64,000 nt of DNA, from positions 16,394 to 80,393 of the forward strand of contig DYYI01000071.1 of the NCBI GenBank assembly GCA_020741755.1. Direction: 5' to 3'. The DNA comes from Aliicoccus persicus. GTDB lineage: Bacteria > Bacillota > Bacilli > Staphylococcales > Salinicoccaceae. Shown one piece after another: positions 19,702-28,879 of the stretch. The position numbers were made by a program, and so were the translations under genes. Under the pieces are notes generated by a model that was not told the DNA's origin, did not search any database, and saw nothing but the letters and a program-made list of their open reading frames with translations. Numbering within the stretch: position 1 is the stretch's first letter; every line of letters begins with the position of its first letter.

Positions 19702-20070
19702 ATGCAACTTGAAGTGTTACTTTTCACGCTTAGCTTCCTATCCATCTTTGGAATGGGCGCATTATTTCTTATCTCACTCATCATACTCATTATTTTAGCA
19801 ATTATGAAAAAGCGCATTAAAGTCGTTGGGATACTTACAATCGTATTCTTTGTCTTAACGATTGCAAGTATCGTGGTTGCCTACATCACTGGACCAAGTT
19901 TTTCAGTAGACTATGAAAATGAAACGATGTTGTTTGAATTCGCAGGTGAAACTTTTGAATTTGATATGAACCAGGATATTCAAGAGCAAGTCGATGAATT
20001 TTTACTTGAGTATCAAGAATCTCTTGAAGAAGAAAATGCTGCACCGTCAGATGCAGACAATGAAGATTAA
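19702..20070 (+). CDS. small membrane protein with acidic C-terminus
   Basis: The ATG at 19702 lies 8 nt after GGAG; the track ORF starts at 19693. There are two or three hydrophobic helices followed by an E/D-rich tail. Confidence 0.6.
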   Translation: MQLEVLLFTLSFLSIFGMGALFLISLIILIILAIMKKRIKVVGILTIVFFVLTIASIVVAYITGPSFSVDYENETMLFEFAGETFEFDMNQDIQEQVDEFLLEYQESLEEENAAPSDADNED

Positions 20071-20144
20071 TTATACAATTGTTTGAACTCTCTTATAAAT
20101 CTATCTTATAATGACTTCATGCATAATTAAAGGAGTAAGAAAAA

Positions 20145-21101
20145 ATGGCTAGAGCTAAAAATAGTGCGATGTCACTCGCAATTAAACTGTTCATTGCAAT
20201 TCTCATTATCGGTTTAATCGTCGTGATTGCAGCAGGTGCATATATATTTTTCCAGCTACAAAACACAGCAGGACAGATGTATGATTCCTCATTTGATTCA
20301 ATTACGAGTGAATACCGTGATGTTGAAGTAAATCTATCTGATGGTGACCCTATTTCTGTTGCTATCTTTGGTACAGACAGCGATGCGGACCGTGAGTTAC
20401 AGCTACGTGGTGATCGCTCAGATACGATCATTATCGTCACGTTAAATCCTGAAACAGATACAGGCACGATCATGAGTATCCCACGTGATACACAGACGAC
20501 AATTGCCGGTATTGGTAGTGTGGAAAAAATTAACCATGCCCACTCGTACGGCGGACCGACGATGGCACGTGATACTGTTGAAGGTTTCTTAGAAGTACCG
20601 ATTGACTATTTCGTATCAGTAGATATGGATGGTTTTATGAATATCGTGGATGAGCTTGGTGGCGTGACCGTAACAAGCAACGATACATTCAGCATAGAGA
20701 ACTATAATTTCCAAGCAAACCAAACGTATACAATGTCTGGTGAAGAAGCACTGATGTATTCAAGAGCACGTAAAACTGCAGGATCTGGTGGTGACTTCGG
20801 ACGTCAAGCGAGACAACAACAAGTCGTTCAAGCGATGGGTAATGAAATTGTCGGGTTAAACACAGTGACGAATTTCAACAGCATTCTAGACGTACTTGGT
20901 GAAAATGTAAGCACAAATGTTCAGTTCTCAGAAATCTATGATTTAATATCAAAATATCAAGATGCAGCAAATTCACTTGAGCAAATTGAGCTTGATGGTG
21001 AAGGTGGTATCCAAGGTGATGGACTTTGGTACTACATTCCATATGATTCATCTTTAGAAAATGCACGCTCTATTATGAGAGATAATTTGAATTTAAATTA
21101 A
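20145..21101 (+). CDS. LytR-CpsA-Psr (LCP) family cell-wall glycopolymer ligase
   Basis: 318 aa. It has an N-terminal TM anchor and the LCP core blocks RSDTIIIVTLNP, SIPRDT and the YSRARK... region. Confidence 0.88.
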   Translation: MARAKNSAMSLAIKLFIAILIIGLIVVIAAGAYIFFQLQNTAGQMYDSSFDSITSEYRDVEVNLSDGDPISVAIFGTDSDADRELQLRGDRSDTIIIVTLNPETDTGTIMSIPRDTQTTIAGIGSVEKINHAHSYGGPTMARDTVEGFLEVPIDYFVSVDMDGFMNIVDELGGVTVTSNDTFSIENYNFQANQTYTMSGEEALMYSRARKTAGSGGDFGRQARQQQVVQAMGNEIVGLNTVTNFNSILDVLGENVSTNVQFSEIYDLISKYQDAANSLEQIELDGEGGIQGDGLWYYIPYDSSLENARSIMRDNLNLN

Positions 21102-21108
21102 TGTAAAC

Positions 21109-21145
21109 AAAAAGCTAGAATCCAAAATTGGATTCTAGCTTTTTT
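21109..21145. terminator. bidirectional terminator (LCP gene / lipoprotein gene)
   Basis: AGCTAGAATCCAA-AA-TTGGATTCTAGCT, flanked by AAAAA and TTTTT. Confidence 0.88.
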
Positions 21146-21153
21146 ACGTACCC

Positions 21154-21537
21154 CTACTCTTCTACTTTTCTGAACGCTATTGCCTCTTTATTTCCGGTGT
21201 TAAAGCTAACTCGAATATGCGTTGCCTCTTCTGGTATGTCAACAACTTTTGGAAATTCGCCGCCGGTAAACAGTTCTGTTTCTATAAATGAAAACCCATC
21301 ATAATATGAAATGTAACTTGAACGTGTCACTTCATATGTGGTTGACGGATCTACCTTTAAAGGAACTGTCGTCAGCATGTCGCTATCATTAACCATGATG
21401 CCTCGATAATTGACATATCCACTCTCTATAATCGTGTCATCATTAATTTCACTCGGCTCATTATTTAAAAAAGTAAAGTCAAGTGTACAGCTGCTAAGCA
21501 ATGTGCTAAACATAATAATACTTACAAAAAATTTCAT
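21154..21537 (-). CDS. putative lipoprotein
   Basis: 127 aa. It has a signal peptide with a lipobox (FSTLLSSC). It lies 16 nt downstream of the M20 amidohydrolase gene. Confidence 0.65.
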   Translation of the reverse strand: MKFFVSIIMFSTLLSSCTLDFTFLNNEPSEINDDTIIESGYVNYRGIMVNDSDMLTTVPLKVDPSTTYEVTRSSYISYYDGFSFIETELFTGGEFPKVVDIPEEATHIRVSFNTGNKEAIAFRKVEE

Positions 21538-21553
21538 GAACTTTATCCTTTTC

Positions 21554-22759
21554 TTAATTATTTAACTGATTCAGTGCACTTACAGTTAATTTTAATAGAA
21601 TATCGATACCATATTCAAATGCTTTTTCATTTACATCAAATTTAGGGTGATGTAAGGGATACGACGGCTCATCCGCATCGATACCTAACCAATAATAAAC
21701 ACCGGGATATTCTAGTAAAAATCTGCTGAAATCTTCACCCGCTAAGCTCGGTCGAAGTGTTGGAACTGAGGCATCACCATACGTTTCCTGAATCACATTC
21801 CTAACGACACTCGCCCACTCTGGATCATTTTCTGTTGCAGGATATCCGGTTTTTATTTCAACATCGACTTCCGCACCGTGTGCATCAGCAATTTCATTTG
21901 AAACATTCAGTAGTCGTGTTTTCATTAACTGGCGTGAAGTATCAGATAGAGAACGCATCGATCCTTTTATCTCAACATTATCTGGAATGACGTTAGGTGC
22001 AAATCCACCATTGATTTGACCAATTGTAATGACCGCAGGATCAAACGGATCGACGTTACGACTGACTATCGATTGAATCGCAGTGATGATTTGATTCGTC
22101 ACAATGACCGGGTCAACGGTCGTATGCGGTTGTGCCGCGTGGCCACCTTTACCTTTTACAGTAATTTTAAAGCGATCAGAGTTACCCATTATCGGTCCTG
22201 CCATGACCCCAAACTTCCCTAGTTCTAGCCCTGGCCACACATGTTGTGCGAAAATTGCCTCTGGTTTGTACGTATCGAACACGCCTGCATCCAACATCGG
22301 ACCTGCACCACCAATCGGTGCATCTTCCTCACTTGGTTGAAATACTATGATAACACGACCATTAATCAAATGTTGATGTCGTTTCAAAATTTTACACACT
22401 GCAAGCATCATCGCAGTATGCGCATCATGACCACATGCATGCATGACACCTTCGTGTTTCGACTTATAGGATACATCATTTTGTTCAGTAATTGGCAATG
22501 CGTCAATATCTGCTCTTAAAGCAATTGTCGCACCTGGTCGTTCGCCTTCTATAATTGCTGTCACACCTGTGTCTAATACAGATTCAAAGGGAATCTGGTG
22601 TGCCTCTAACTCTTCTTTAATACGCAATGTTGTCTGGTACTCTTCCCCACTTAACTCTGGATACTGATGTAGTAAACGTCTGAATTCAATGGCTGAAGTA
22701 ATGTCTTCTTGTAAAAAAGTGAAGTTATTCTCATCTTTTGTAATAGTGAATCTCTCCAT
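21554..22759 (-). CDS. M20D-family amidohydrolase (N-acyl-amino-acid / hippurate hydrolase type)
   Basis: 401 aa. It has the RRLLHQYPELSGEE and MHACGHDAHTAMML metal-binding blocks. Confidence 0.88.
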   Translation of the reverse strand: MERFTITKDENNFTFLQEDITSAIEFRRLLHQYPELSGEEYQTTLRIKEELEAHQIPFESVLDTGVTAIIEGERPGATIALRADIDALPITEQNDVSYKSKHEGVMHACGHDAHTAMMLAVCKILKRHQHLINGRVIIVFQPSEEDAPIGGAGPMLDAGVFDTYKPEAIFAQHVWPGLELGKFGVMAGPIMGNSDRFKITVKGKGGHAAQPHTTVDPVIVTNQIITAIQSIVSRNVDPFDPAVITIGQINGGFAPNVIPDNVEIKGSMRSLSDTSRQLMKTRLLNVSNEIADAHGAEVDVEIKTGYPATENDPEWASVVRNVIQETYGDASVPTLRPSLAGEDFSRFLLEYPGVYYWLGIDADEPSYPLHHPKFDVNEKAFEYGIDILLKLTVSALNQLNN

Positions 22760-23357
22760 TCTCTAAATGCGTTCCGATGTAATGATGACCGTTTTCTATC
22801 ATCCAGTCGATATCTTGATACGATACGCGAATTGCTTTTTCAAATTCATATTTTGATTGACCATGTAGGTCTAGCATCATAATGTGGCGTAGTTTATTTC
22901 CATATTTGTACTTCGTTTTTAAAATCCGAAATCCCAACTTAAATTTATCTTTTAAACTCGGGATGTTATCTGGAGCCACTGTGGCTAATATATATTTGAA
23001 ATTACCAGATTGTTTCAGATCATCGATTAAATACTTCCCCATTTTCGTCTGTAGCTGTTGGCCACGATATTCTGGGTGAACGAGTGACACTTCGGAATAA
23101 ATTGTTCCTTCCTTATCTATTCCAATATCATCTGCCAAATGATCATCCACACCATGACTCGGGTCGAGAAAAGCACGGAATGCAATGAGCTGTTCATCAT
23201 CAAAAATACCAACTGCAAAATTGCTGTTTAACAATATTTCAAATTCATTCTCAGATAATGTTTCAAGCAGCTCTTTTTTGTCTAAATAACTATAGACTAT
23301 CTTTTGTAATGTAACAACATCTGACAGATTTTTCACATTTATGTATTGAATTACCAT
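22731..23357 (-). CDS. GNAT-family N-acetyltransferase with C-terminal extension
   Basis: The acetyl-CoA motif A-like block is LVHPEYRGQQLQTKMGKYLI. The ATG at 23357 is favoured over the track TTG at 23369. The 3' end overlaps the M20 gene by 29 nt in a different frame. Confidence 0.75.
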   Translation of the reverse strand: MVIQYINVKNLSDVVTLQKIVYSYLDKKELLETLSENEFEILLNSNFAVGIFDDEQLIAFRAFLDPSHGVDDHLADDIGIDKEGTIYSEVSLVHPEYRGQQLQTKMGKYLIDDLKQSGNFKYILATVAPDNIPSLKDKFKLGFRILKTKYKYGNKLRHIMMLDLHGQSKYEFEKAIRVSYQDIDWMIENGHHYIGTHLENGEIHYYKR

Positions 23358-23448
23358 ATTTTCACACAACCTTCATTGAATTATCATCTCATGTTTAGAT
23401 TCTTTATAAAAAGGTATATAGGAGTAGAAGGTGAGGAGATGATATCTA

Positions 23449-23667
23449 ATGCCGATTTTACTTAAGGTAAGTGACACATCTAATCAAATGATAGATTTTG
23501 AAGTGATAGAATCTCATCAATTGGAAAAAGAAACTTTAAATAACATCTTCAACATGTATTTTTGTAATGATACATCAGACGATACTAATAAGATTTTAAA
23601 ATTAATTTACCCCAATCATACTGAAATCTATACACAATTCAAAATCAATTATCTCAGAAAGCGCTAA
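23449..23667 (+). CDS. hypothetical 72-aa acidic protein
   Basis: GAGGAG lies 10 nt upstream of the ATG, and the gene's own rho-independent terminator follows at 23662..23694. I recognise no family. Confidence 0.5.
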   Translation: MPILLKVSDTSNQMIDFEVIESHQLEKETLNNIFNMYFCNDTSDDTNKILKLIYPNHTEIYTQFKINYLRKR

Positions 23668-23694
23668 ATGAACTCTATTTAGCGTATTTTTTTT
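23662..23694 (+). terminator. terminator of the 72-aa ORF
   Basis: CGCTAAAT-gaactct-ATTTAGCG, followed by TATTTTTTTT. Confidence 0.8.
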
Positions 23695-23743
23695 GTGTCC
23701 ATGTTAAAATTATACATGAGAATAGCTGAAAGGGAATGATTGA

Positions 23744-24343
23744 ATGCAAGTGACGTTAGTCAGACATGGTTTAACGGATTATAACTTACATGGTAAAGTT
23801 CAAGGATTTTTAGATATTCCACTCAATAGCATCGGTTTAGATCAAGCAGAATATGCAAGTAAATTTCTTAAAGATGAAACGTTTGATTCGATTTATTCTT
23901 CCCCACTTTCACGTGCAGTAAAAACTGCAGAAGCAATTAACAAACACTTCGATCTTGAAATTCAAACAATTGATAACTTAAAAGAACAAAATTTCTATGA
24001 TTTTGAAGGTGCCGATATTCAAGATCTTATTCAAAATTATCCAAATGGTATCGATGAACATATTGAAAGTTTGGAGAGTTTATCGGCGCGTGTGAAAGTT
24101 GCAATCGATACAATATACGAAGCAGAAGGACCTGGCAAACACATCTTGTTAACGGCACATTCGCGTACGATAAAAGCGATCTTAAACCACTTTGATGATA
24201 GTGTATGTATTAAAACATCACCACTAGAAAACTGCAGTGTCAGCCGCATTTCATATGATGGAGAACAGGGAAAAGTGTTAGAGATGAACACGCTGACAAT
24301 GACAAACGATGAGAAAAATAAAAATCAAGGTATGGCGCATTAG
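23744..24343 (+). CDS. histidine phosphatase family protein (phosphoglycerate-mutase-like)
   Basis: It has the RHG motif at the N-terminus (VTLVRHGLTDYN), SSPLSRAVKTAE, and a second catalytic His in LLTAHSRTIKA. Confidence 0.88.
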   Translation: MQVTLVRHGLTDYNLHGKVQGFLDIPLNSIGLDQAEYASKFLKDETFDSIYSSPLSRAVKTAEAINKHFDLEIQTIDNLKEQNFYDFEGADIQDLIQNYPNGIDEHIESLESLSARVKVAIDTIYEAEGPGKHILLTAHSRTIKAILNHFDDSVCIKTSPLENCSVSRISYDGEQGKVLEMNTLTMTNDEKNKNQGMAH

Positions 24344-24389
24344 AAAAAGCTTTGAAATCTAGATCAATCTCTAGATTTCAAAGCTTTTA
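24344..24389. terminator. bidirectional terminator (histidine phosphatase gene / bceB-like gene)
   Basis: An 18-bp perfect stem, AAAGCTTTGAAATCTAGA / TCTAGATTTCAAAGCTTT, with a 6-nt loop. Confidence 0.9.
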
Positions 24390-24397
24390 TAATTGCC

Positions 24398-26341
24398 TTA
24401 TAAGCTCTCCTTAATTATTTTTCTATAATATAGCAGTGAGAGCATTCCGAAAACTGAGTAAAGGAATGTGTAAATAACGATTACTGTAATTGTAGGAACG
24501 ATAAGCTCGGTACCAAATATAAACCAGCCGGCACGCACTGCAAATATTGAGTGCAGTATACCGATTAACAGTGGTATACCAAATGAGAATAGCATCTTCA
24601 GTGCAACACCACGCAGTAACTCTGATTCTGTAAATCCGAGCTTGCGTAGAATTGTAAAGTTCCCCGACTCATCGTCACCTTCTGCAATTTGTTTAAAGTA
24701 AAGTATACAACCTGAAGCGACTAGGAATGCGAGTCCGATGAACCCCATAATGAACACGGTTAGACCCATGATCTGCATCATGTAAATGGAATCTTCGATC
24801 TTGCTCGTATAGCCATACCACACATCTTCATCGTCAGAAGTCATGTGTTCTGCTACGATTGCATGAGCGTCCATATCATTGTTCTCAACATTTATGCTAT
24901 TCACCGCTTGTATTGAGAGGACTTTATCGTCCATTTCTGCAACTAGTTCTTCATACAATACATCGTCTACAACGACTGTATTTGCACCGAATGCATACAT
25001 CGGTGGTATGACAGAATCTTCTAGGCGTTCTGTAATATTAATCGTTTTACTGAATTCACCGTTTGTAAAAGTGAATTCATTATATTCAGTCAAGTTCAGA
25101 ACTTCCTCAATTTGATTTCCAGTACCAGTCATTACGCCATCATTGCCTTCTAAATCAAATCCTTCCACCTGACTATCAGACACGATATTTACATAATTCA
25201 TGAAATTACCATACTCTTCATTGAGTGATTCATCTTCTTGCTCTGCTTCAATTGATGCGAAGTCAAACGTAATAACTTCATGCGAATAGCCTGTTTCTTC
25301 TAGTGCTTCGCTAATTTCATCAAGCGGTACTTCTTCCTGTGCATTTAAAGAGTAATCATAAGGATTGTTTGATTCGACCATACGCTCTGCCGAGTAGTAA
25401 GAAATATACGCCAGTGACATTGCCGTTAAACTAATGGCTGTGATCGTTGTGATTAACGTCAATAGAAATGCGTTTGATTTCATTTTAAACATGATTGTCG
25501 ATGTTGCGACAACATCATTCACATTCACATGGCCTTTTTTTGACTTTCTATACATATTTAAAATGAGTGCTACAGTAAATTTAAAGATAAAATACGCACC
25601 AACGATTGTTAAGAACAGTATGATCAACATAAGTGGTAACAATATAACTGGATATTCAAACCCGATATCATATAAGTTTTCACTTAAAAAGTAACCTGCT
25701 ATGATCATAACGAATCCGACAATACCTAAAATATACGTAAAAATATTCGGACGCTTATACTTCGTTTCTGTAATGCCTTCTAAGTTCATCAATGTAATCA
25801 GTTTTGTTCTTTTAATAAAGTACACGTTTTGAATCGTTAAAATAACAAAAATGAAGACAAAGAGTAAAAATGTATACAATAATGATGTTGCACTAAACTG
25901 GAAATCTACGACTGATTCTATTCCCATCAATCGAAATAGAATCATGTTTAATAATCTAGAAAATAGTAAACCTACGAGTATACCTGTAACGACACTACCG
26001 AAATAGATGATGACATTTTCAATAAATAATATGCGTAAAATTTTGTTGTCTGTCATACCGATCAGTTTATACAGTGCGAATTCTTTATTTCTCCGCTTTA
26101 TGAACAGTGAATTCGCAAACATCGTAAACGTCACGATGATAACGAGTATAACAACTGCCCCTGCGAGCAATGCATCGAGTCCACCATCTTGTTCTCCCAC
26201 TTGCACAAGTGTCATCTCATTCGTCGCAAGTAAGATGAATGAATAGAACAGTGTCACACTAAATATTAATGAGAAGAAGTATAAGACATAGCGACTAAAG
26301 TTTTTAAAGAAGTTTTTTAAAATAATTTGATTAAACGTCAT
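24398..26341 (-). CDS. BceB-type ABC transporter permease (FtsX domains, large extracellular domain)
   Basis: 647 aa. The hydrophobic segments fit a 10-TM BceB layout, with an acidic extracytoplasmic domain of about 215 aa between TM7 and TM8 ([10 protein letters not shown] ... [10 protein letters not shown]). It overlaps the ATPase gene by 11 nt. Confidence 0.88.
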   Translation of the reverse strand: MTFNQIILKNFFKNFSRYVLYFFSLIFSVTLFYSFILLATNEMTLVQVGEQDGGLDALLAGAVVILVIIVTFTMFANSLFIKRRNKEFALYKLIGMTDNKILRILFIENVIIYFGSVVTGILVGLLFSRLLNMILFRLMGIESVVDFQFSATSLLYTFLLFVFIFVILTIQNVYFIKRTKLITLMNLEGITETKYKRPNIFTYILGIVGFVMIIAGYFLSENLYDIGFEYPVILLPLMLIILFLTIVGAYFIFKFTVALILNMYRKSKKGHVNVNDVVATSTIMFKMKSNAFLLTLITTITAISLTAMSLAYISYYSAERMVESNNPYDYSLNAQEEVPLDEISEALEETGYSHEVITFDFASIEAEQEDESLNEEYGNFMNYVNIVSDSQVEGFDLEGNDGVMTGTGNQIEEVLNLTEYNEFTFTNGEFSKTINITERLEDSVIPPMYAFGANTVVVDDVLYEELVAEMDDKVLSIQAVNSINVENNDMDAHAIVAEHMTSDDEDVWYGYTSKIEDSIYMMQIMGLTVFIMGFIGLAFLVASGCILYFKQIAEGDDESGNFTILRKLGFTESELLRGVALKMLFSFGIPLLIGILHSIFAVRAGWFIFGTELIVPTITVIVIYTFLYSVFGMLSLLYYRKIIKESL

Positions 26342-27086
26342 GTCTCACACCGCCAAGCACGCGCTGAGTATCTAAAATTTCTCTGTAGTACGTATCCTGC
26401 ATCTTCTCACCACGAACGAGCGTTGAGTAAACTTGTCCATCTTTTAAGAAAATAATACGATCAGAATAACTCGCTGCTGTGGGATCGTGAGTGACCATCA
26501 TGATTGTCGCCTGATTTTTCTGTTGTAAATCTCTTAACTTTTGTAATAAATCCGTCGCACTTTTAGAGTCAAGTGCCCCAGTTGGTTCATCTGCAAAGAT
26601 CATCTTTGGTTCATGAATAAATGCACGAGCTGCTGATGTTCTCTGCTTTTGACCACCTGAAATTTGATACGGATATTTATCTACAGATTCTTCAATACCC
26701 AACTCTTTTACTAAAGTATCAACAAGCGTATTCGTCTCACCTTTTGAAACGTCACGAATGGACATCGGTAATAAAATATTTTCTTTAACTGTCAATGTAT
26801 CGAGTAAGTTATATTCTTGGAAAATGAAACCAAGATCATTTTTTCTAAACTCCGATAACTGACGGTTACTTAACTGTTCGATGTTTTGGTTATCAATGAT
26901 AATTTCTCCGCTAGAAGGTTGATCGATCGAACTGAGTACATTTAATAATGTTGTTTTCCCTGAACCAGATGCACCCATGATTGACACGAACTCACCCGCT
27001 TCAATCTTTAAATCAATGCCTTTTAATACTTCCGTTTTGTTCTGACGTGTACCATATGTCTTAACTATATTTTTTGCTGTTAGCAT
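26331..27086 (-). CDS. BceA-type ABC transporter ATP-binding protein
   Basis: Walker A is GASGSGKTT, the signature motif is ISGGQKQR and Walker B is [11 protein letters not shown]. The start at 27086 (MLTAKN) lies 9 nt after GGAG; the track ORF extends to 27101. Confidence 0.92.
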   Translation of the reverse strand: MLTAKNIVKTYGTRQNKTEVLKGIDLKIEAGEFVSIMGASGSGKTTLLNVLSSIDQPSSGEIIIDNQNIEQLSNRQLSEFRKNDLGFIFQEYNLLDTLTVKENILLPMSIRDVSKGETNTLVDTLVKELGIEESVDKYPYQISGGQKQRTSAARAFIHEPKMIFADEPTGALDSKSATDLLQKLRDLQQKNQATIMMVTHDPTAASYSDRIIFLKDGQVYSTLVRGEKMQDTYYREILDTQRVLGGVRHDV

Positions 27087-27172
27087 TCGAGTCATCTCCA
27101 TTTCTTATGATTAACCTAAGTATAGTACGTCTTAAAAACGTTCGCGTTTGATTTTTATTACATAGAAAAAAA

Positions 27173-27196
27173 CGATATGACAATTGTGTCACATCG
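27173..27196 (-). promoter_or_regulatory. BceR-type operator (inverted repeat) upstream of the ABC transporter genes
   Basis: The sequence is CGATATGACA-ATTG-TGTCACATCG, a 9/10 inverted repeat. The core TGACA-N4-TGTCA (27178..27191) fits the TNACA-N4-TGTAA-type motif reported for BceR-like regulators. It overlaps the kinase stop codon, about 50 nt upstream of a TATACT -10 (27119..27124). Confidence 0.6.
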
Positions 27197-28187
27197 TTCT
27201 AATTTCTGTCATATGGTTCAGTTTTGGAAATGTAAGAACAAAGATTGTATGCGCTCCGTATACCGATTCTACATCAATTTCAATCTCTAGTGCATTTGAT
27301 GCTTGCGCTGCTAAGTACAACCCCATACCCGTCGATTGGTTGTCATTTTTATCGGATGTTGAGGTAAAGCCTGCGTCAAAAATTCGTTTGATGTCCGCTT
27401 CTTTAATACCTCGGCCATAATCTTTAATTGAAAATATAACATAGCCATCAGCCATCGTTGTTCTTATTTCAATATCATTATTCTCAGAGTACTTCACAGC
27501 ATTTGAAATCAGTTGATCTATGACGAATGTCACCCACTTCACATCACTCACCACTTCAGTTACATTAAAATGGATGTCGAATCCAATACCTTTATGTAAG
27601 CAGATGGTCCGTAATTTACGAATGGACTGATTGACGATGTCCGGAATTTTTATCATTTCAAAATGTAAATCATTTTCAATATTTGGTAGACGTTTTAAGT
27701 ATAGTATCTCGTTGAGTTTCTGATCAAGACGCTGCCATTCGGTTAAAATTTTAGAACGATCCTCTTCTTTTAAATCATTAATCATCAGCTGCATCGTCGT
27801 CAGTGGCATTTTTAAATCATGGATGAAACGCGTCATCTCATCTAGGTTTTCTTTCGTACGGTTAGATTCTATTTCAACCATTTTATTATATTCTTGCTTC
27901 AATCCTCTTAATACATCAAAGTAGTCCTGCTGAAATGCTGAACGTTCACTTGGTAAGTAATCAATTTCCTCATGTTTTTCAAGTTTTCTTATACTTCTAT
28001 AAAATTCTTTTTTTCTGTTGAAATCGATGCCTACAGCAATCGCAGTGATGAACAAATTGATTAAAACAATATAGATTAGTGCATGCATAGGCACTAATGG
28101 ATCAATATAACTGATAAAAAGAATAGAAACATTAATGATAATGAGTAGTATAAAATATGGATAATATTCTTTGATATACATCTTCAT
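27189..28187 (-). CDS. BceS-type intramembrane-sensing histidine kinase
   Basis: 332 aa. Two N-terminal TM helices are joined by a very short loop, so there is no sensor domain. H-box is FIHDLKMPLTT, N-box is NAVKYS, G-boxes are DYGRGI and GMGLYLA. It overlaps the regulator gene by 4 nt. Confidence 0.9.
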   Translation of the reverse strand: MKMYIKEYYPYFILLIIINVSILFISYIDPLVPMHALIYIVLINLFITAIAVGIDFNRKKEFYRSIRKLEKHEEIDYLPSERSAFQQDYFDVLRGLKQEYNKMVEIESNRTKENLDEMTRFIHDLKMPLTTMQLMINDLKEEDRSKILTEWQRLDQKLNEILYLKRLPNIENDLHFEMIKIPDIVNQSIRKLRTICLHKGIGFDIHFNVTEVVSDVKWVTFVIDQLISNAVKYSENNDIEIRTTMADGYVIFSIKDYGRGIKEADIKRIFDAGFTSTSDKNDNQSTGMGLYLAAQASNALEIEIDVESVYGAHTIFVLTFPKLNHMTEIRTM

Positions 28188-28879
28188 GATAATTCTTCTT
28201 TCAGCAAGTAACCATAGCCTGTTTTTGTCATAATCGCCTGCGTTAAACCGATTTGCTCTAACCTTTTTCTTAAGCGATTTACATTGACTGTAAGCGTATT
28301 GTCACTAATGAATCTAGCATCATCCCAGAGTGCTTCGATAATCTCATCTCGACTAACGACTTGATTTACCTTTTGAGAAAGTAAGGATAATATAAATGCT
28401 TCATTTTTTGTCAGCTCAATCTCTTCATCACCATGTGTCACTCTTAATTTCTTAAAATCAAAGATAGCATCCCTGAATTTAAACACATCTAACGCTTGTG
28501 GATGATACTCATATGTTCGGCGAATCAGTGCTTCTACTTTCGCTTTTAACACATCAAAATTAAATGGTTTTTGTACATAGTCATCCGCACCGAGCTGCAT
28601 CCCCATGACCATGTCTGTAGGATGGTCTCTCGACGATAGGAAGATGATCGGTATATTCGAAACATCACGAATCATTCGACACCAATAAAATCCATCATAT
28701 TTTGGTAAAGTAATATCGATTATGACGAGTTCAGGTGACTCAGCAATAAATGTTTGCATTACATTTGAAAAGTCTTCAATGCCTTCAATTGTGTAATCCC
28801 ATTCTTCAAATCGATTTTTCAATTCGTTAAATAATGTCGCATCATCTTCTATGATTAAAATTTTAGCCAATATCATCAC
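28184..28879 (-). CDS. OmpR/BceR-type response regulator
   Basis: The receiver domain shows ILIIEDD, VIIDITLP and QKPF. The C-terminal winged helix shows LTKNEAFILSLL and TKTGYGY. Candidate starts are GTG 28879, ATG 28876 and TTG 28870. All lie within 10 nt of the DUF418 stop codon. Confidence 0.92.
   Translation of the reverse strand: MMILAKILIIEDDATLFNELKNRFEEWDYTIEGIEDFSNVMQTFIAESPELVIIDITLPKYDGFYWCRMIRDVSNIPIIFLSSRDHPTDMVMGMQLGADDYVQKPFNFDVLKAKVEALIRRTYEYHPQALDVFKFRDAIFDFKKLRVTHGDEEIELTKNEAFILSLLSQKVNQVVSRDEIIEALWDDARFISDNTLTVNVNRLRKRLEQIGLTQAIMTKTGYGYLLKEELS

Noticed and set aside
22731-23667. The GNAT gene plus the neighbouring 72-aa ORF, considered as a GNAT-type toxin-antitoxin pair.
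   Set aside because: The genes are divergent rather than co-transcribed. The GNAT is larger than tRNA-acetylating toxins and is coupled to a downstream amidohydrolase. The small protein shows no RHH/HTH-like basic N-terminus.
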